Virus record (IMG/VR): IMGVR_UViG_3300033463_000107
Origin: an uncultured virus (IMG/VR IMGVR_UViG_3300033463_000107)
Taxonomy: Duplodnaviria; Heunggongvirae; Uroviricota; Caudoviricetes
Direction: 5' to 3' (one strand)
Length of the DNA stretch: 64,000 bases
Within the stretch, counting starts at the first letter, position 1; the number at the start of each line of letters is the position of its first letter. Below, piece by piece: positions 27,736-36,367 of the stretch. Both the position numbers and the translations under genes were made by a program. The notes under the pieces are model-generated. The model did not search any database. It had not been told where the DNA came from and saw nothing but the letters and a program-made list of their open reading frames with translations.

Positions 27736-28158
27736 ATGGCTAATCTTGGCAAAGTGGTTTATCTAACCGAAGCGCAACTGCAAACGCTGTTCACGAACGG
27801 CACGATCACCGTGGGGCAGACAACCGTAACCTATTCCCAAAACGATCTGTATGTCACTCCTGCTTCTCCTGCGGCAGAGGTATCCGTGGTCACTCCTGCA
27901 AGCGGAAGCACGTTCACCCTTCTTCCTTGTCCCGTGACCTATGCTTTCGGAGAAAAGGCAGAACTGACCGTGACGGTGACGGCAACCTCGCAGTACCACT
28001 TCATGTTCTCCTGTCCTTCCGGGACGGCAACGGTGCTTACGATCACGGGCGAAACGTACCGTATGGGAGACACGCTGGAAGCCGGGGAATCCTATGAGGT
28101 TGATGTGTGGGCAGGAATCACACGGGTGAGCAAGCTGGACGGGAGTGCTGTGACATGA
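27736..28158 (+). CDS. hypothetical beta-rich protein
   Basis: GGAGGTG RBS. Confidence 0.7.
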   Translation: MANLGKVVYLTEAQLQTLFTNGTITVGQTTVTYSQNDLYVTPASPAAEVSVVTPASGSTFTLLPCPVTYAFGEKAELTVTVTATSQYHFMFSCPSGTATVLTITGETYRMGDTLEAGESYEVDVWAGITRVSKLDGSAVT

Positions 28159-29363
28159 GCATGATGTTACGGAGAGCCATGATGGTTCCTGCGGTTGTGC
28201 CGGGTGGACTTCCGAGCGAGTATCTGCAAGTGGAGTATCTTGAAAGCACGGGGACGCAGTACATTGACACGGGATACGTTCCGAAATTGCTTTCAACAGA
28301 TACATTTACGATTGAGTTCTCCGTTTTAACAAGCAACACCGTTATTGTGTTTGGTAACAATAATTGGTTTAGCAACAAATCCCACATAATGCAGTTGCCC
28401 TCTATCAATTACAGGCTTCGTGCAGATGTATCGGCACAAGGAACATATTTCGGATATTGCACAGACGGGGCTTGGAACACGTATACGATCGAGAATTCTA
28501 CTGTTTCGTGTTTGAATTCTACGTCAAGTTATGACCCTTCATATTATGCAGACAATCCGAAGCATCTGTATTTGTTCTGTCAAGGCCCTTATGAAACGGA
28601 AACGTTCTTTGTTGGCAGAATCAGAAAGGCAACATATACAAGCAACGGTGTTCCTGTCTTCGACCTTGTCCCCTGTATCCGCATCTCCGACAGCAAGCCG
28701 GGAATGTATGACCTTGTAGGACGGCAGTTCTATGTGAACGCCGGGACGGGGGAATTCCTCACGGGGTACATTGCTGATGGACTTGTGTTGCAAATGGATG
28801 GAATTAACAAAGGGGCAGTTACCGGATCGTGGGTTGATCAAGTATCAGGGGTACAATTTGATGGAGTAAACAGCCCAACATTTGGAACAGACTATGTGCA
28901 ATGCAGTTCCTCATCGTATCTTCAGAATACATCTTATAATCCTCCTACCGGAGACGAAAAAACAATTGAAGTCGCATTGTCTGATTTTAGCATGAGTACA
29001 ATGGTTGTGTTTATGGGTAATGCCGCTAATGCATCAACATTCGGTCTGTATGGAACGAAGGGCGCTATGTGGTCGAATTACCATGACAAACCCGTTGTAC
29101 TTACTCCAAATGGTCTGAAAACTTGTTCCATAACAGAAGGATTGTGCTATGTAGACGGAGCGGTTGGGACTTTCGACACAACGGACAACCGACATTATAG
29201 CGGTGGCAATTCTACAAACTTTATCGGAAAACGTAGTTCCGGGAGCAACTTTACAGGGAAAATTCATGCAATACGAATTTATAACAGGAAACTATCTGCC
29301 AATGAAATGCTCATCAATCAGCGAGTAGACAACACACGCTTCAATCTTGGACTCACTATTTAA
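28155..29363 (+). CDS. LamG/concanavalin-like lectin-domain protein
   Basis: EYLESTGTQYIDTG...GMYDLV..FY module followed by GLVLQMDG...FTGKIHAIRIYNRKLS. Confidence 0.75.
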   Translation: MSMMLRRAMMVPAVVPGGLPSEYLQVEYLESTGTQYIDTGYVPKLLSTDTFTIEFSVLTSNTVIVFGNNNWFSNKSHIMQLPSINYRLRADVSAQGTYFGYCTDGAWNTYTIENSTVSCLNSTSSYDPSYYADNPKHLYLFCQGPYETETFFVGRIRKATYTSNGVPVFDLVPCIRISDSKPGMYDLVGRQFYVNAGTGEFLTGYIADGLVLQMDGINKGAVTGSWVDQVSGVQFDGVNSPTFGTDYVQCSSSSYLQNTSYNPPTGDEKTIEVALSDFSMSTMVVFMGNAANASTFGLYGTKGAMWSNYHDKPVVLTPNGLKTCSITEGLCYVDGAVGTFDTTDNRHYSGGNSTNFIGKRSSGSNFTGKIHAIRIYNRKLSANEMLINQRVDNTRFNLGLTI

Positions 29364-29386
29364 TAAAAGAAAGGTGGTAATTCAAA

Positions 29387-29686
29387 ATGGCAAGACAGAT
29401 TTACACAGTATCAGCTATTCAGGTGGTCACTTCCGAATCTCATCCCGAAGGGGTCAAGAGCAACGTTTCCAACTATCCGAAGGACTTTGATTCCCGGAAC
29501 TATGCCAGCGAGGAAATTGCCCTCATCGTGGCACAGGCAGATTATGCGGATGCCGTCAAGACCCTGTCCCTTGCCAACAACCGTGCTATGTGGACGGTGA
29601 CCCTCGAACGTGCAGACGGCAAGCAGATCGACAGGAAATCCTTCGGAGCGTTCCCTGTTGAACCTGAACCCAACGAAGAAGAGTAA
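29387..29686 (+). CDS. hypothetical protein
   Basis: AAAGGTGG RBS. Confidence 0.7.
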   Translation: MARQIYTVSAIQVVTSESHPEGVKSNVSNYPKDFDSRNYASEEIALIVAQADYADAVKTLSLANNRAMWTVTLERADGKQIDRKSFGAFPVEPEPNEEE

Positions 29687-29698
29687 CAGACAAAAATC

Positions 29699-29728
29699 GA
29701 CCCGCCCCAATCGGAGCGGGTCTTTTTG
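29699..29728. terminator. terminator between convergent operons
   Basis: gacccgc...gcgggtc followed by ttttt. Confidence 0.7.
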
Positions 29729-29730
29729 TA

Positions 29731-30054
29731 TCAGTACCGGGGATAAGGCGGCATCCATTCGGGATAGTGTCCGGAGTATCCGTCATATCCGGAATATCCG
29801 CCCATGTCACGGCTCACATACCGTCCCATGCTGTCCCGTCCGCGCCTGTAGGATCTTCCGGATGCGTCCTTTTCTTCCCATCCTTCCGCGTCCTTCATGG
29901 CGTGGTACGTCGCAGCACTCTTCAGAGCGTGGTACAGCAGGTCGGCTTTCTCCGCATCCTGAACGGACATCTCCGCATGTTCCCCGCCGTACTTCTTGTC
30001 CAGTTTCTCCAGTTCGTTGCACATTGCCTCTTCCAAGTTCTCGTAACGCTTCAT
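29731..30054 (-). CDS. uncharacterised phage protein (RRGRDSMGRYVSRD motif)
   Basis: ORF with RBS; last gene of the 29.7-33.3 kb operon. Confidence 0.75.
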   Translation of the reverse strand: MKRYENLEEAMCNELEKLDKKYGGEHAEMSVQDAEKADLLYHALKSAATYHAMKDAEGWEEKDASGRSYRRGRDSMGRYVSRDMGGYSGYDGYSGHYPEWMPPYPRY

Positions 30055-30068
30055 CTAACACACCCCCG

Positions 30069-31893
30069 TCAGGCTGCGCTTTTAGCAACTGCCGCAGGAG
30101 TGATAGCCGCGAGGATCTGCTGGGTCTGGGCATACTGCGAAGCCGCCAGGTTCGCCATGTTCAGGCTGTTCTGAAGGTTGATGATCTGTTCGTTCTTCGC
30201 GTCAATCTTGTCCTGGCACAGGGTGTCGAGAATCCGCTGGGTATTCGCCGTCTGGTTCTCAATGATGCTCCGCACACCGTCAGCCAGAACGGATCTGTCC
30301 GCACAGTTCTCCGTCGCAACCGTGTACTTCAGGTCGGCGATGTTCGCCCGGTTCTCACAGCCATTTTGTTATCGTATAGGCTCTTTATCCTATACATCTC
30401 ATGGTTTCCTCATGAGTTCAGACTATATCTTCACCCTCCTGTTAAGGTAGGGGTCGGGCACTCGTGTCGGGATTATTGGCAGTTGTCCTCACCCGTTAGT
30501 CGTTGAACCTTCCAGGGTACCTTCATCAACTTTCCCCTGGTTTGGTTGCTGATTGCCGTATTCACAAATGTATTTATCGTTTTTACTTTTGCCGTGTATG
30601 TATGAATGTAGTGCTGCATAACTTATTCCAAGCGCTTTGCTTGCCTCGGCTATTGTCCTGTAAGTTACACCGTTTACAATCACCGGTCTTACAGGCTCCT
30701 TGTGCCGTGGCACATAATTTGAATCTCCGTAAATGATATTATCCTCGTCATTTGCGTATCTGCATTTAATGCCTTCCTGATTCACTCCGTTTCGGCACCA
30801 TCTGGTGATCGTATCATACGATTTATTCAATGCCTTACACGCAATCTTTATGGACGGATATCCATAGTCCCCAATAATGACCGCTCTTTGCTTTTTCGCC
30901 TTTACTCTTTTTGCAATTTCGCTGTTCTTCATGGGGTTGTTCTCGGACATCCTTTGCCTTTGGCGTACGGACTTCATAACATTATGTTCTGAATATTTTT
31001 CCCTAACTTCATCCGACCACCATTCCGTACTTCCGCCAGCACCGCCGACATTAATGTTGCATACACATTGTCCCTTTGCCTTCAACTCATTTATGTATTC
31101 AAATTCAAATCTAAACGCTTCTTTTTCGCTTTCAAATACTTTTACAACCCTACTGTAGCAGTAAAACCTTTTAATCATCTCGTCGAACAGTCTGTTGTGT
31201 TTCCTTATTTTATATCTGTTTCCTGTCCCTTTTCCGACATAGATGATCTCCTCGGTTTTAACCACGAACCATTCATACACGTAATACATTTCCTTCACCT
31301 CCGCATCTTATCTGAATTATACATTAAGTTATTGCGAAAGTAAAGTTTGTGAACTTAGGTTTTCCAGCAATTCACCCGATTGCCAGTGCGGATTACGCCG
31401 CACAAGTGCCTACTGCTTCATAATTTGTGAAGTCGAAGATCTTCTTGGCTTTATTCCGGATCTTCTTCAAGCACTGCTGCAGACTGGACTGTACGTTAAA
31501 CATGCTCTGCATGTTCGCCATCTGACGGGCGTTGTCTGCAATTTCCGTCTGGGCAAATCCGTTGGCGATACTGGCGTTCACACCGGCAAAGCCGCCGCAC
31601 AGGGCCGTCTGGATGTCGCCGAAGCCGGAAGTCACCGCGCTGTTCAGACCGGTTATGCCGGTCATCAGGGCGGACTGGTCAAACCCGCGCTGGACATCGT
31701 TATTCACGAGCATCGTTCCGGCACCTCCCATGCCGCCACCATAGCCAAAGCCACCGCCCCATCCGCCGAGAGCGAACAGGAGGATCAGAAGAAACCAGGC
31801 ACCGGAGTCTCCGCCGAAACCACCGAAGCCGCCGCCTGTGTATCCGCCATACGGGGATACCGGCATTACCATAGGAGTATTCGTGTCTGTCAT
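30069..31893 (-). CDS. intron-split Gly-rich membrane/coiled-coil protein; exons 31893-31470 and 30361-30069 (238 aa spliced)
   Basis: Joining ...CAG CAG TGC T to GC TGT GAG AAC gives a continuous 717-nt frame reading QQCCCENRANIADLKY. Confidence 0.88.
30362..31469 (-). mobile_element. group I intron (1108 nt) with homing endonuclease
   Basis: 5' exon ends in U and the intron ends in G; P AATTGCTGGAAA (~31372-31361), Q AATCAGCAAC (~30554-30545), R TCAACGACTA (30506-30497), S AAGATATAGTC (30431-30421); guide sequence GGCACT (31410-31405) pairs with exon AGTGCT. Confidence 0.92.
30489..31289 (-). CDS. intron-encoded GIY-YIG homing endonuclease with NUMOD-like repeats
   Basis: YYVY...IIYVGKG..R...E...N; C-terminal repeats YPSIKIACKAL / YRTIAEASKALGIS. 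Confidence 0.82.
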   Translation of the reverse strand: MYYVYEWFVVKTEEIIYVGKGTGNRYKIRKHNRLFDEMIKRFYCYSRVVKVFESEKEAFRFEFEYINELKAKGQCVCNINVGGAGGSTEWWSDEVREKYSEHNVMKSVRQRQRMSENNPMKNSEIAKRVKAKKQRAVIIGDYGYPSIKIACKALNKSYDTITRWCRNGVNQEGIKCRYANDEDNIIYGDSNYVPRHKEPVRPVIVNGVTYRTIAEASKALGISYAALHSYIHGKSKNDKYICEYGNQQPNQGKVDEGTLEGSTTNG

Positions 31894-32005
31894 TGTTTTG
31901 ATTCCTTTCGTTTATTTATTTTCCAATCGTCTATGCGCATCTCGACGAAAGAAATCAAAGTTGTGTCCGGCTGACCGGAGATCGTCATCCCCGATCTGCC
32001 TCGTC

Positions 32006-32290
32006 TTACCGGCCCAGCATCTGCCGTGCCATCTGTACCATCTGCGGATTGACCTTTCCGGTCTGCTGCATCCATTCAACCAGCCGTTCCGGATCTCCGG
32101 AGATCTCCGCCGGTGCATCCGGCAGAAAACGCTGTACAAGTTGCTGCGGATTCTGCACCATGTTTGCAAGCTGCTGTGCGCGCGCCATAACGCCGTTAAA
32201 TCCCTGCATCGGCATCATGGGTGCAGATTGTCCCACGGGATTCTGCAAGGGGGTAGAATTGCCTGTCAGAGCCTGAAAAAGAGGGTTCAT
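32006..32290 (-). CDS. Met/Gln-rich small uncharacterised protein
   Basis: MNPLFQAL...NPQQLVQ...GKVNPQ; GGAGG RBS. Confidence 0.75.
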   Translation of the reverse strand: MNPLFQALTGNSTPLQNPVGQSAPMMPMQGFNGVMARAQQLANMVQNPQQLVQRFLPDAPAEISGDPERLVEWMQQTGKVNPQMVQMARQMLGR

Positions 32291-32291
32291 A

Positions 32292-32750
32292 TTATTCCTC
32301 CGTTCTTCCGCGCCGTCCGCTGGTGTTGACGCTGTTGATAGCCTCCGTCAGTTCCTGTTTCATCCGTTCCATGTCTTCCTTTTTGACATACTCGGACATG
32401 TCATGCGTGGATTCTGCCGCACCGCTCCGTCCCGGGGTCGCACTCTTGTACTCCTCCAGCGTGTAGTGAGCCTTCTGCAACGGGTTCGGCATGCCCATGG
32501 GGTTCACGCTCTTCAGGTAGATGACCGTGTCGTTCGTGTCCCACAAGGCAATCGGCTGGTTCGCAGGCATTCCGGCCGGAAGCTGGTAAGCCTTGGCACC
32601 GACCTCGCCGTCCACCCAGATCAGTCCGCCCGTCTGCGTTGTCTGCGAAGTCTGCTGTGTGTTCGGCATGCTCTGCGGATACTGCGGGTACATCTGCTGA
32701 CCCACGCCGCTGTAATTCCATGGTTGGTAAGGTACCGGGTAGTTTGCCAT
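32292..32750 (-). CDS. uncharacterised protein (YPQ-rich N-terminus, IWVDGEVGAKAY motif)
   Basis: ORF with RBS in a tightly coupled operon. Confidence 0.75.
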   Translation of the reverse strand: MANYPVPYQPWNYSGVGQQMYPQYPQSMPNTQQTSQTTQTGGLIWVDGEVGAKAYQLPAGMPANQPIALWDTNDTVIYLKSVNPMGMPNPLQKAHYTLEEYKSATPGRSGAAESTHDMSEYVKKEDMERMKQELTEAINSVNTSGRRGRTEE

Positions 32751-33131
32751 TTATTCCGCCTTCCTTCTGAAAAAATATGTCAGCACTTCATCGCCGCTGT
32801 CCCATGTATCCAGGTAGTTCCCGTCCCGTATGCAGACGGCATGGTTTCCCGTTGCGACCACATACGTTCCGTCCGGATACTTCCGGCAGAACTCCCGGAC
32901 CGTGACGCACTGCGGACAGGATGACGGCAAAAGGAACTTTTCAAACCCGCACTTCCGCAGGTATTCCTCCCACAGCCAGTTCACGCTCGGCATCGTGCAT
33001 AGTTCGTGGCTCATCACGCACAGATCCCAATGCACTTCGTCCCATGTCTGCTCCGTCGCAAGGCATATTGCCCGGACCACGCAGTCCGGCTCTTCCTGTC
33101 TGCACGGGTTCGGATTCACAAAGATCCACAT
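32751..33131 (-). CDS. putative papain-fold (C39-like) cysteine peptidase
   Basis: NPNP...DCVVRAI (Cys), GNHAVC (His), LDTWDSG (Asp). Confidence 0.55.
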   Translation of the reverse strand: MWIFVNPNPCRQEEPDCVVRAICLATEQTWDEVHWDLCVMSHELCTMPSVNWLWEEYLRKCGFEKFLLPSSCPQCVTVREFCRKYPDGTYVVATGNHAVCIRDGNYLDTWDSGDEVLTYFFRRKAE

Positions 33132-33322
33132 CAGGCGATGTCCGACTCCATTCCGCAGTCTGCCAGAATCATCTCCAGCACCTCGTCGTCTTCCGGACGA
33201 AGATCCATCAGGGCTGCTGTCATCAGCATCATGGCGTATGCGGTTTCCACGCTCATGCCCACGTTCTCCGTCAGGATCTGAATGGATCTGCGGCACCGTT
33301 TCGGATACATGATTACGTTCAT
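33131..33322 (-). CDS. small hypothetical protein
   Basis: AAAGGAG RBS; TGATG coupling to the next gene. Confidence 0.65.
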   Translation of the reverse strand: MNVIMYPKRCRRSIQILTENVGMSVETAYAMMLMTAALMDLRPEDDEVLEMILADCGMESDIA

Positions 33323-33439
33323 ATGAAGCACTCCTTTCGCCTTAAATTTTCCAATAAAAAAAGACCTCTTACGAGGTCAGGAAGCGGTATGTTTTACGGC
33401 GTTTTATGGACAAAAAGGGTAAAAAAAATCCCGGCTTCT

Positions 33440-33661
33440 TCAGCCGGGTAGGTGGGAGAATAATTCTCGCTCACCCTTTTTAAGACGTCGCCAGACGGTC
33501 TTATCGTCCAGTCCGACCTTACCTGCGATCTCACCTATGGTGTCGCCGTCCACCAATCTCAGGTAGAGCATCTTCCGGTCGGTTTTATCATGGATGTATT
33601 CCATGATAAGCGCTTTAATCTGCTCGTTCCCATACTTAGGGCGCGATAACGCCTTTGGCAT
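33440..33661 (-). CDS. sigma-70 region 4-like HTH protein
   Basis: LRLVDGDTIGEIAGKVGLDDKTVWRRLKK. Confidence 0.7.
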   Translation of the reverse strand: MPKALSRPKYGNEQIKALIMEYIHDKTDRKMLYLRLVDGDTIGEIAGKVGLDDKTVWRRLKKGERELFSHLPG

Positions 33662-33908
33662 TTGCTAACTCCACAAGTGCGGCGTACATTCCCTTAACGG
33701 TGTCCAGCCAGATGTTCGTCCGGATCGTGTAGGCTGTCACAAAGATCATGATAATCAGCAGGAACGTCACGCAGATCACGATGTTCGTCCGGTGCGCCCG
33801 TGCGTTGTCCTCGTCCTTGTGCAGCATGGCATTCTCATGGGCGAAGAAACTGATGCATGCCTGGTCTTTCTTCTCGCACTGCTGGCAGGCGGTGTCCTTA
33901 TTCTCCAT
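33636..33908 (-). CDS. small single-TM membrane protein
   Basis: IVICVTFLLIIMIFVTAY. Confidence 0.65.
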   Translation of the reverse strand: MENKDTACQQCEKKDQACISFFAHENAMLHKDEDNARAHRTNIVICVTFLLIIMIFVTAYTIRTNIWLDTVKGMYAALVELANAKGVIAP

Positions 33909-34320
33909 CTTCCACCTCGCTGCCCGGGTCTTCCGGCAGTTCATACGGTTCCTTCCGCTTGTCGTCCACCATCCGGAAGGTCAGTTCATAAGCACCCATG
34001 GCAGACAGTGCCACAATCACCGCATTCAGCGCGCCGAGAACCGCATTGCTCCACGTCAGTCCGACCGTGAAGTGCGTCGCCAGGAGCATGATGATTAGGG
34101 CGATCACATAAGCCACGATGCGTGTCGGGATCTTCCAGACCCGGTCGAGCGGAAGTTTCAGCAACTGCACGATCAGCAGTGTCGCCGCCGTCGCACCGGC
34201 AATCGTCGCCAGCTGCTCCCAGCTGAACGGATCCACAGGCAGTTCGCCTTCCGCAATGGCAACGATTGGCAACAGAATCATGCTGATAGCCGCCAGGATA
34301 AACCATAATACCTTCTTCAT
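33898..34320 (-). CDS. holin
   Basis: Several TM segments; FSWEQLATIAGA...ALSAMGAYE; located in the lysis cassette. Confidence 0.75.
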   Translation of the reverse strand: MKKVLWFILAAISMILLPIVAIAEGELPVDPFSWEQLATIAGATAATLLIVQLLKLPLDRVWKIPTRIVAYVIALIIMLLATHFTVGLTWSNAVLGALNAVIVALSAMGAYELTFRMVDDKRKEPYELPEDPGSEVEDGE

Positions 34321-34829
34321 GTCCAGTCCCCCTCCTTGTACGTTCTGTCGATTAAATAGTTATTCATTGCACGGTTTGTCTTTTTCAGCCGGTCAATACC
34401 GTTCCCGTCAATCTGATGTCCCAACAGGGCAGACACTCCGTGGAGCAGCGCTCTCGTGTCATTGTCCAGCCGGTCCACCCTTCCTTTTTCTGCGTTCAGC
34501 TGGGACGTATGCAGTTCGATGATTTCTTTGTCGGCTTCCAGCTTTTTGTCAATGTCCTCAAACTTCTTGTCGAACTTCTTCTCAAAGGTTTCAAACCGTT
34601 CGTCTATTTTTTTGTCAATTTTGTCGGTAACCTTGGTGGCGATCTGTTCCGTCACGTCCGTACTGCGAAGCTGCTTCCGCTCACGGTTCTTCCGGATCTC
34701 GTCACGGATCAGTACGACTCCTTTGAATACTGCCACAAACACGCCGAACAGGATAATCAGCACGATCAGCGCGTTCCACACGTCTGTCGGCAGTAATCCT
34801 TCCAGAAGGAGCGACTTCTTCTCATCCAT
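34317..34829 (-). CDS. lysis-cassette membrane protein (TM plus coiled coil)
   Basis: One TM segment followed by heptad repeats; between endolysin and holin. Confidence 0.65.
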   Translation of the reverse strand: MDEKKSLLLEGLLPTDVWNALIVLIILFGVFVAVFKGVVLIRDEIRKNRERKQLRSTDVTEQIATKVTDKIDKKIDERFETFEKKFDKKFEDIDKKLEADKEIIELHTSQLNAEKGRVDRLDNDTRALLHGVSALLGHQIDGNGIDRLKKTNRAMNNYLIDRTYKEGDWT

Positions 34830-34831
34830 GG

Positions 34832-35755
34832 TTATGCGTCTCCTTCCTTCTCCTTCGTAGCATTGGGGTATTCCTTACACAAACTGTCAGCCTGCGGTTC
34901 CGTCAGGTGCGGAATGATGACCCGGAAATACTGGATCTCACCGGAGTCCAATGCATCCCACGTCTTCTGTCCGATGATGCCGTCCGGTTTCAGTCCAACC
35001 GCCTTCTGAAAGTCCTTTGTCGCCTGCTCCGTTGCTTTCCCGAAAATCCCGTCCGCGCCTTTGTCACCGCAACTGAATCCCTTCGCAATCAGTTCTGTCT
35101 GTGCAAGCGTTACGTATGGTCCCTTGTCCCCGCGTCTCAGCGTTGGTTTTGTCGTCGGCACTGGTATGTCACCTCCTAACCCCTTTGGAATCGCAAAGTG
35201 TGTAATCTTTTTGTACAATGCCTGCTGCTTCACGGTCCCGGAGCAATGGACGATCTGCCCGTCTCCGATCAGGAAACCCGTGTGGCTCATGACCTTTTTG
35301 TTGCTTGGGTTCTGCTGGAAGAACACCGCCACGCCGCCGTTGTACTGGTCTATCGTTCCCTTGAACTCCCAGTTGCTGTCGTCGTTCCATTGGGAAGTCG
35401 CACCGGCTCCCTTCAGGCTGATCCCGACACGTCCGAGAACCCAGCGTGTAAATCCACGACAGTCAAAGCATCTTGTCGTACCGCCCGGGTAGAACTTGCA
35501 CCCGTTGCACGTACTGACGCCCTGATTCAGCACACGGCAGGTCTTCTTAATCTGTGCCGCCTCGTCGGGGTTTCGTGTCAGGTAGTTGTTGTAGTATTTC
35601 TTGCGTGTCTTTGGCGTACATTCTTCACCGACCGCGCCGAATACATACGGCCAGCCGATACAAGCCTGTGCGAGGCGGACGACAACCTCCGCCTTCTCCA
35701 TGCCGGAATTCAGCCATCCGACCAGGCTGATATTTACTTCAGCTGCGGTGTTCAT
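34832..35755 (-). CDS. endolysin (NlpC/P60-like peptidase plus peptidoglycan-binding domain)
   Basis: GWPYVFGA...FDCRGF...HTG...HCS; TLRRGDKG...DGIFG..T...FQ...DGIIG..TW. Confidence 0.9.
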   Translation of the reverse strand: MNTAAEVNISLVGWLNSGMEKAEVVVRLAQACIGWPYVFGAVGEECTPKTRKKYYNNYLTRNPDEAAQIKKTCRVLNQGVSTCNGCKFYPGGTTRCFDCRGFTRWVLGRVGISLKGAGATSQWNDDSNWEFKGTIDQYNGGVAVFFQQNPSNKKVMSHTGFLIGDGQIVHCSGTVKQQALYKKITHFAIPKGLGGDIPVPTTKPTLRRGDKGPYVTLAQTELIAKGFSCGDKGADGIFGKATEQATKDFQKAVGLKPDGIIGQKTWDALDSGEIQYFRVIIPHLTEPQADSLCKEYPNATKEKEGDA

Positions 35756-35777
35756 CCGTTCACCTCCTTGCTATATG

Positions 35778-35859
35778 AAAAGACACCGAATGAGAGTTTC
35801 CTCACCACTCGGTGCCTTACCACATATGCATTATATCAGAACCACGTATCGTAATACAA
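35778..35859 (-). promoter_or_regulatory. endolysin promoter with leader terminator hairpin
   Basis: TTGTAT-18-TATAAT with TG extension; hairpin at 35778-35818. Confidence 0.7.
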
Positions 35860-35866
35860 GTATTTT

Positions 35867-35962
35867 TTATTTGTCCCTGTCCGCTGACACCAGCGCCACA
35901 ATCATGATGCCGAGAACGGCACCGGCAAAGATCGCCGGAATAATCCACCATACCGGAATCAT
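35867..35962 (-). CDS. 31-aa hydrophobic peptide (MIPVWWIIPAIFAGAVLG...)
   Basis: Read manually; GGAGGTG RBS. Confidence 0.6.
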   Translation of the reverse strand: MIPVWWIIPAIFAGAVLGIMIVALVSADRDK

Positions 35963-36050
35963 GTCGTCACCTCCCATGTTGCTGTAATCATGCATTATAA
36001 TGTGGATTTTTGCAGAAAACCTGCAAATTCGTCATTTATAATGCAGTTTT

Positions 36051-36155
36051 TTACATTTTTCTTTGCTTCATGTCCGTAAGGATGACAATCACCACGGCAC
36101 ACAGGGTAATTCCGCCGATGGTACCGACCGAACATCCGATCAGGAACGGAATCAT
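36051..36155 (-). CDS. 34-aa hydrophobic peptide (MIPFLIGCSVGTIGG...)
   Basis: Read manually; GGAGG RBS. Confidence 0.55.
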   Translation of the reverse strand: MIPFLIGCSVGTIGGITLCAVVIVILTDMKQRKM

Positions 36156-36279
36156 GCTTCATCCTCCGGTATTCTGCGAAGTAATACGTTGCGTTTCCCG
36201 TGTTTCTGCCGGATCATGGCGGATTAGATCCTGTGACCGGAAGTAATCCGCCATGACAGCAGTTAGCCATATCATTAGA

Positions 36280-36358
36280 ACTTATTGCGACCTTTTACTC
36301 TCTCCGTTATTGGCTCATTTAAATGTGAGTGTATAAACGTTAATTGCTACCTTTAAGT
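36280..36358 (-). repeat. three tandem variants of the junction site
   Basis: ACTTAAA-GGTAGC-AATTAAC (36339-36358), ATTTAAA-TGAGCC-AATAACG (36305-36324), AGTAAAA-GGTCGC-AATAAGT (36280-36299). Confidence 0.65.
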
Positions 36359-36367
36359 GCTAACCGA

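Noticed and set aside
26430..29730. Invertible segment explaining the opposite-strand operon
   Set aside because: No flanking inverted repeats found by eye; the operon has its own promoter and terminator.
30069..30275. Independent 68-aa gene, and 31393-31893 as a complete gene
   Set aside because: Both are exons of one intron-split gene.
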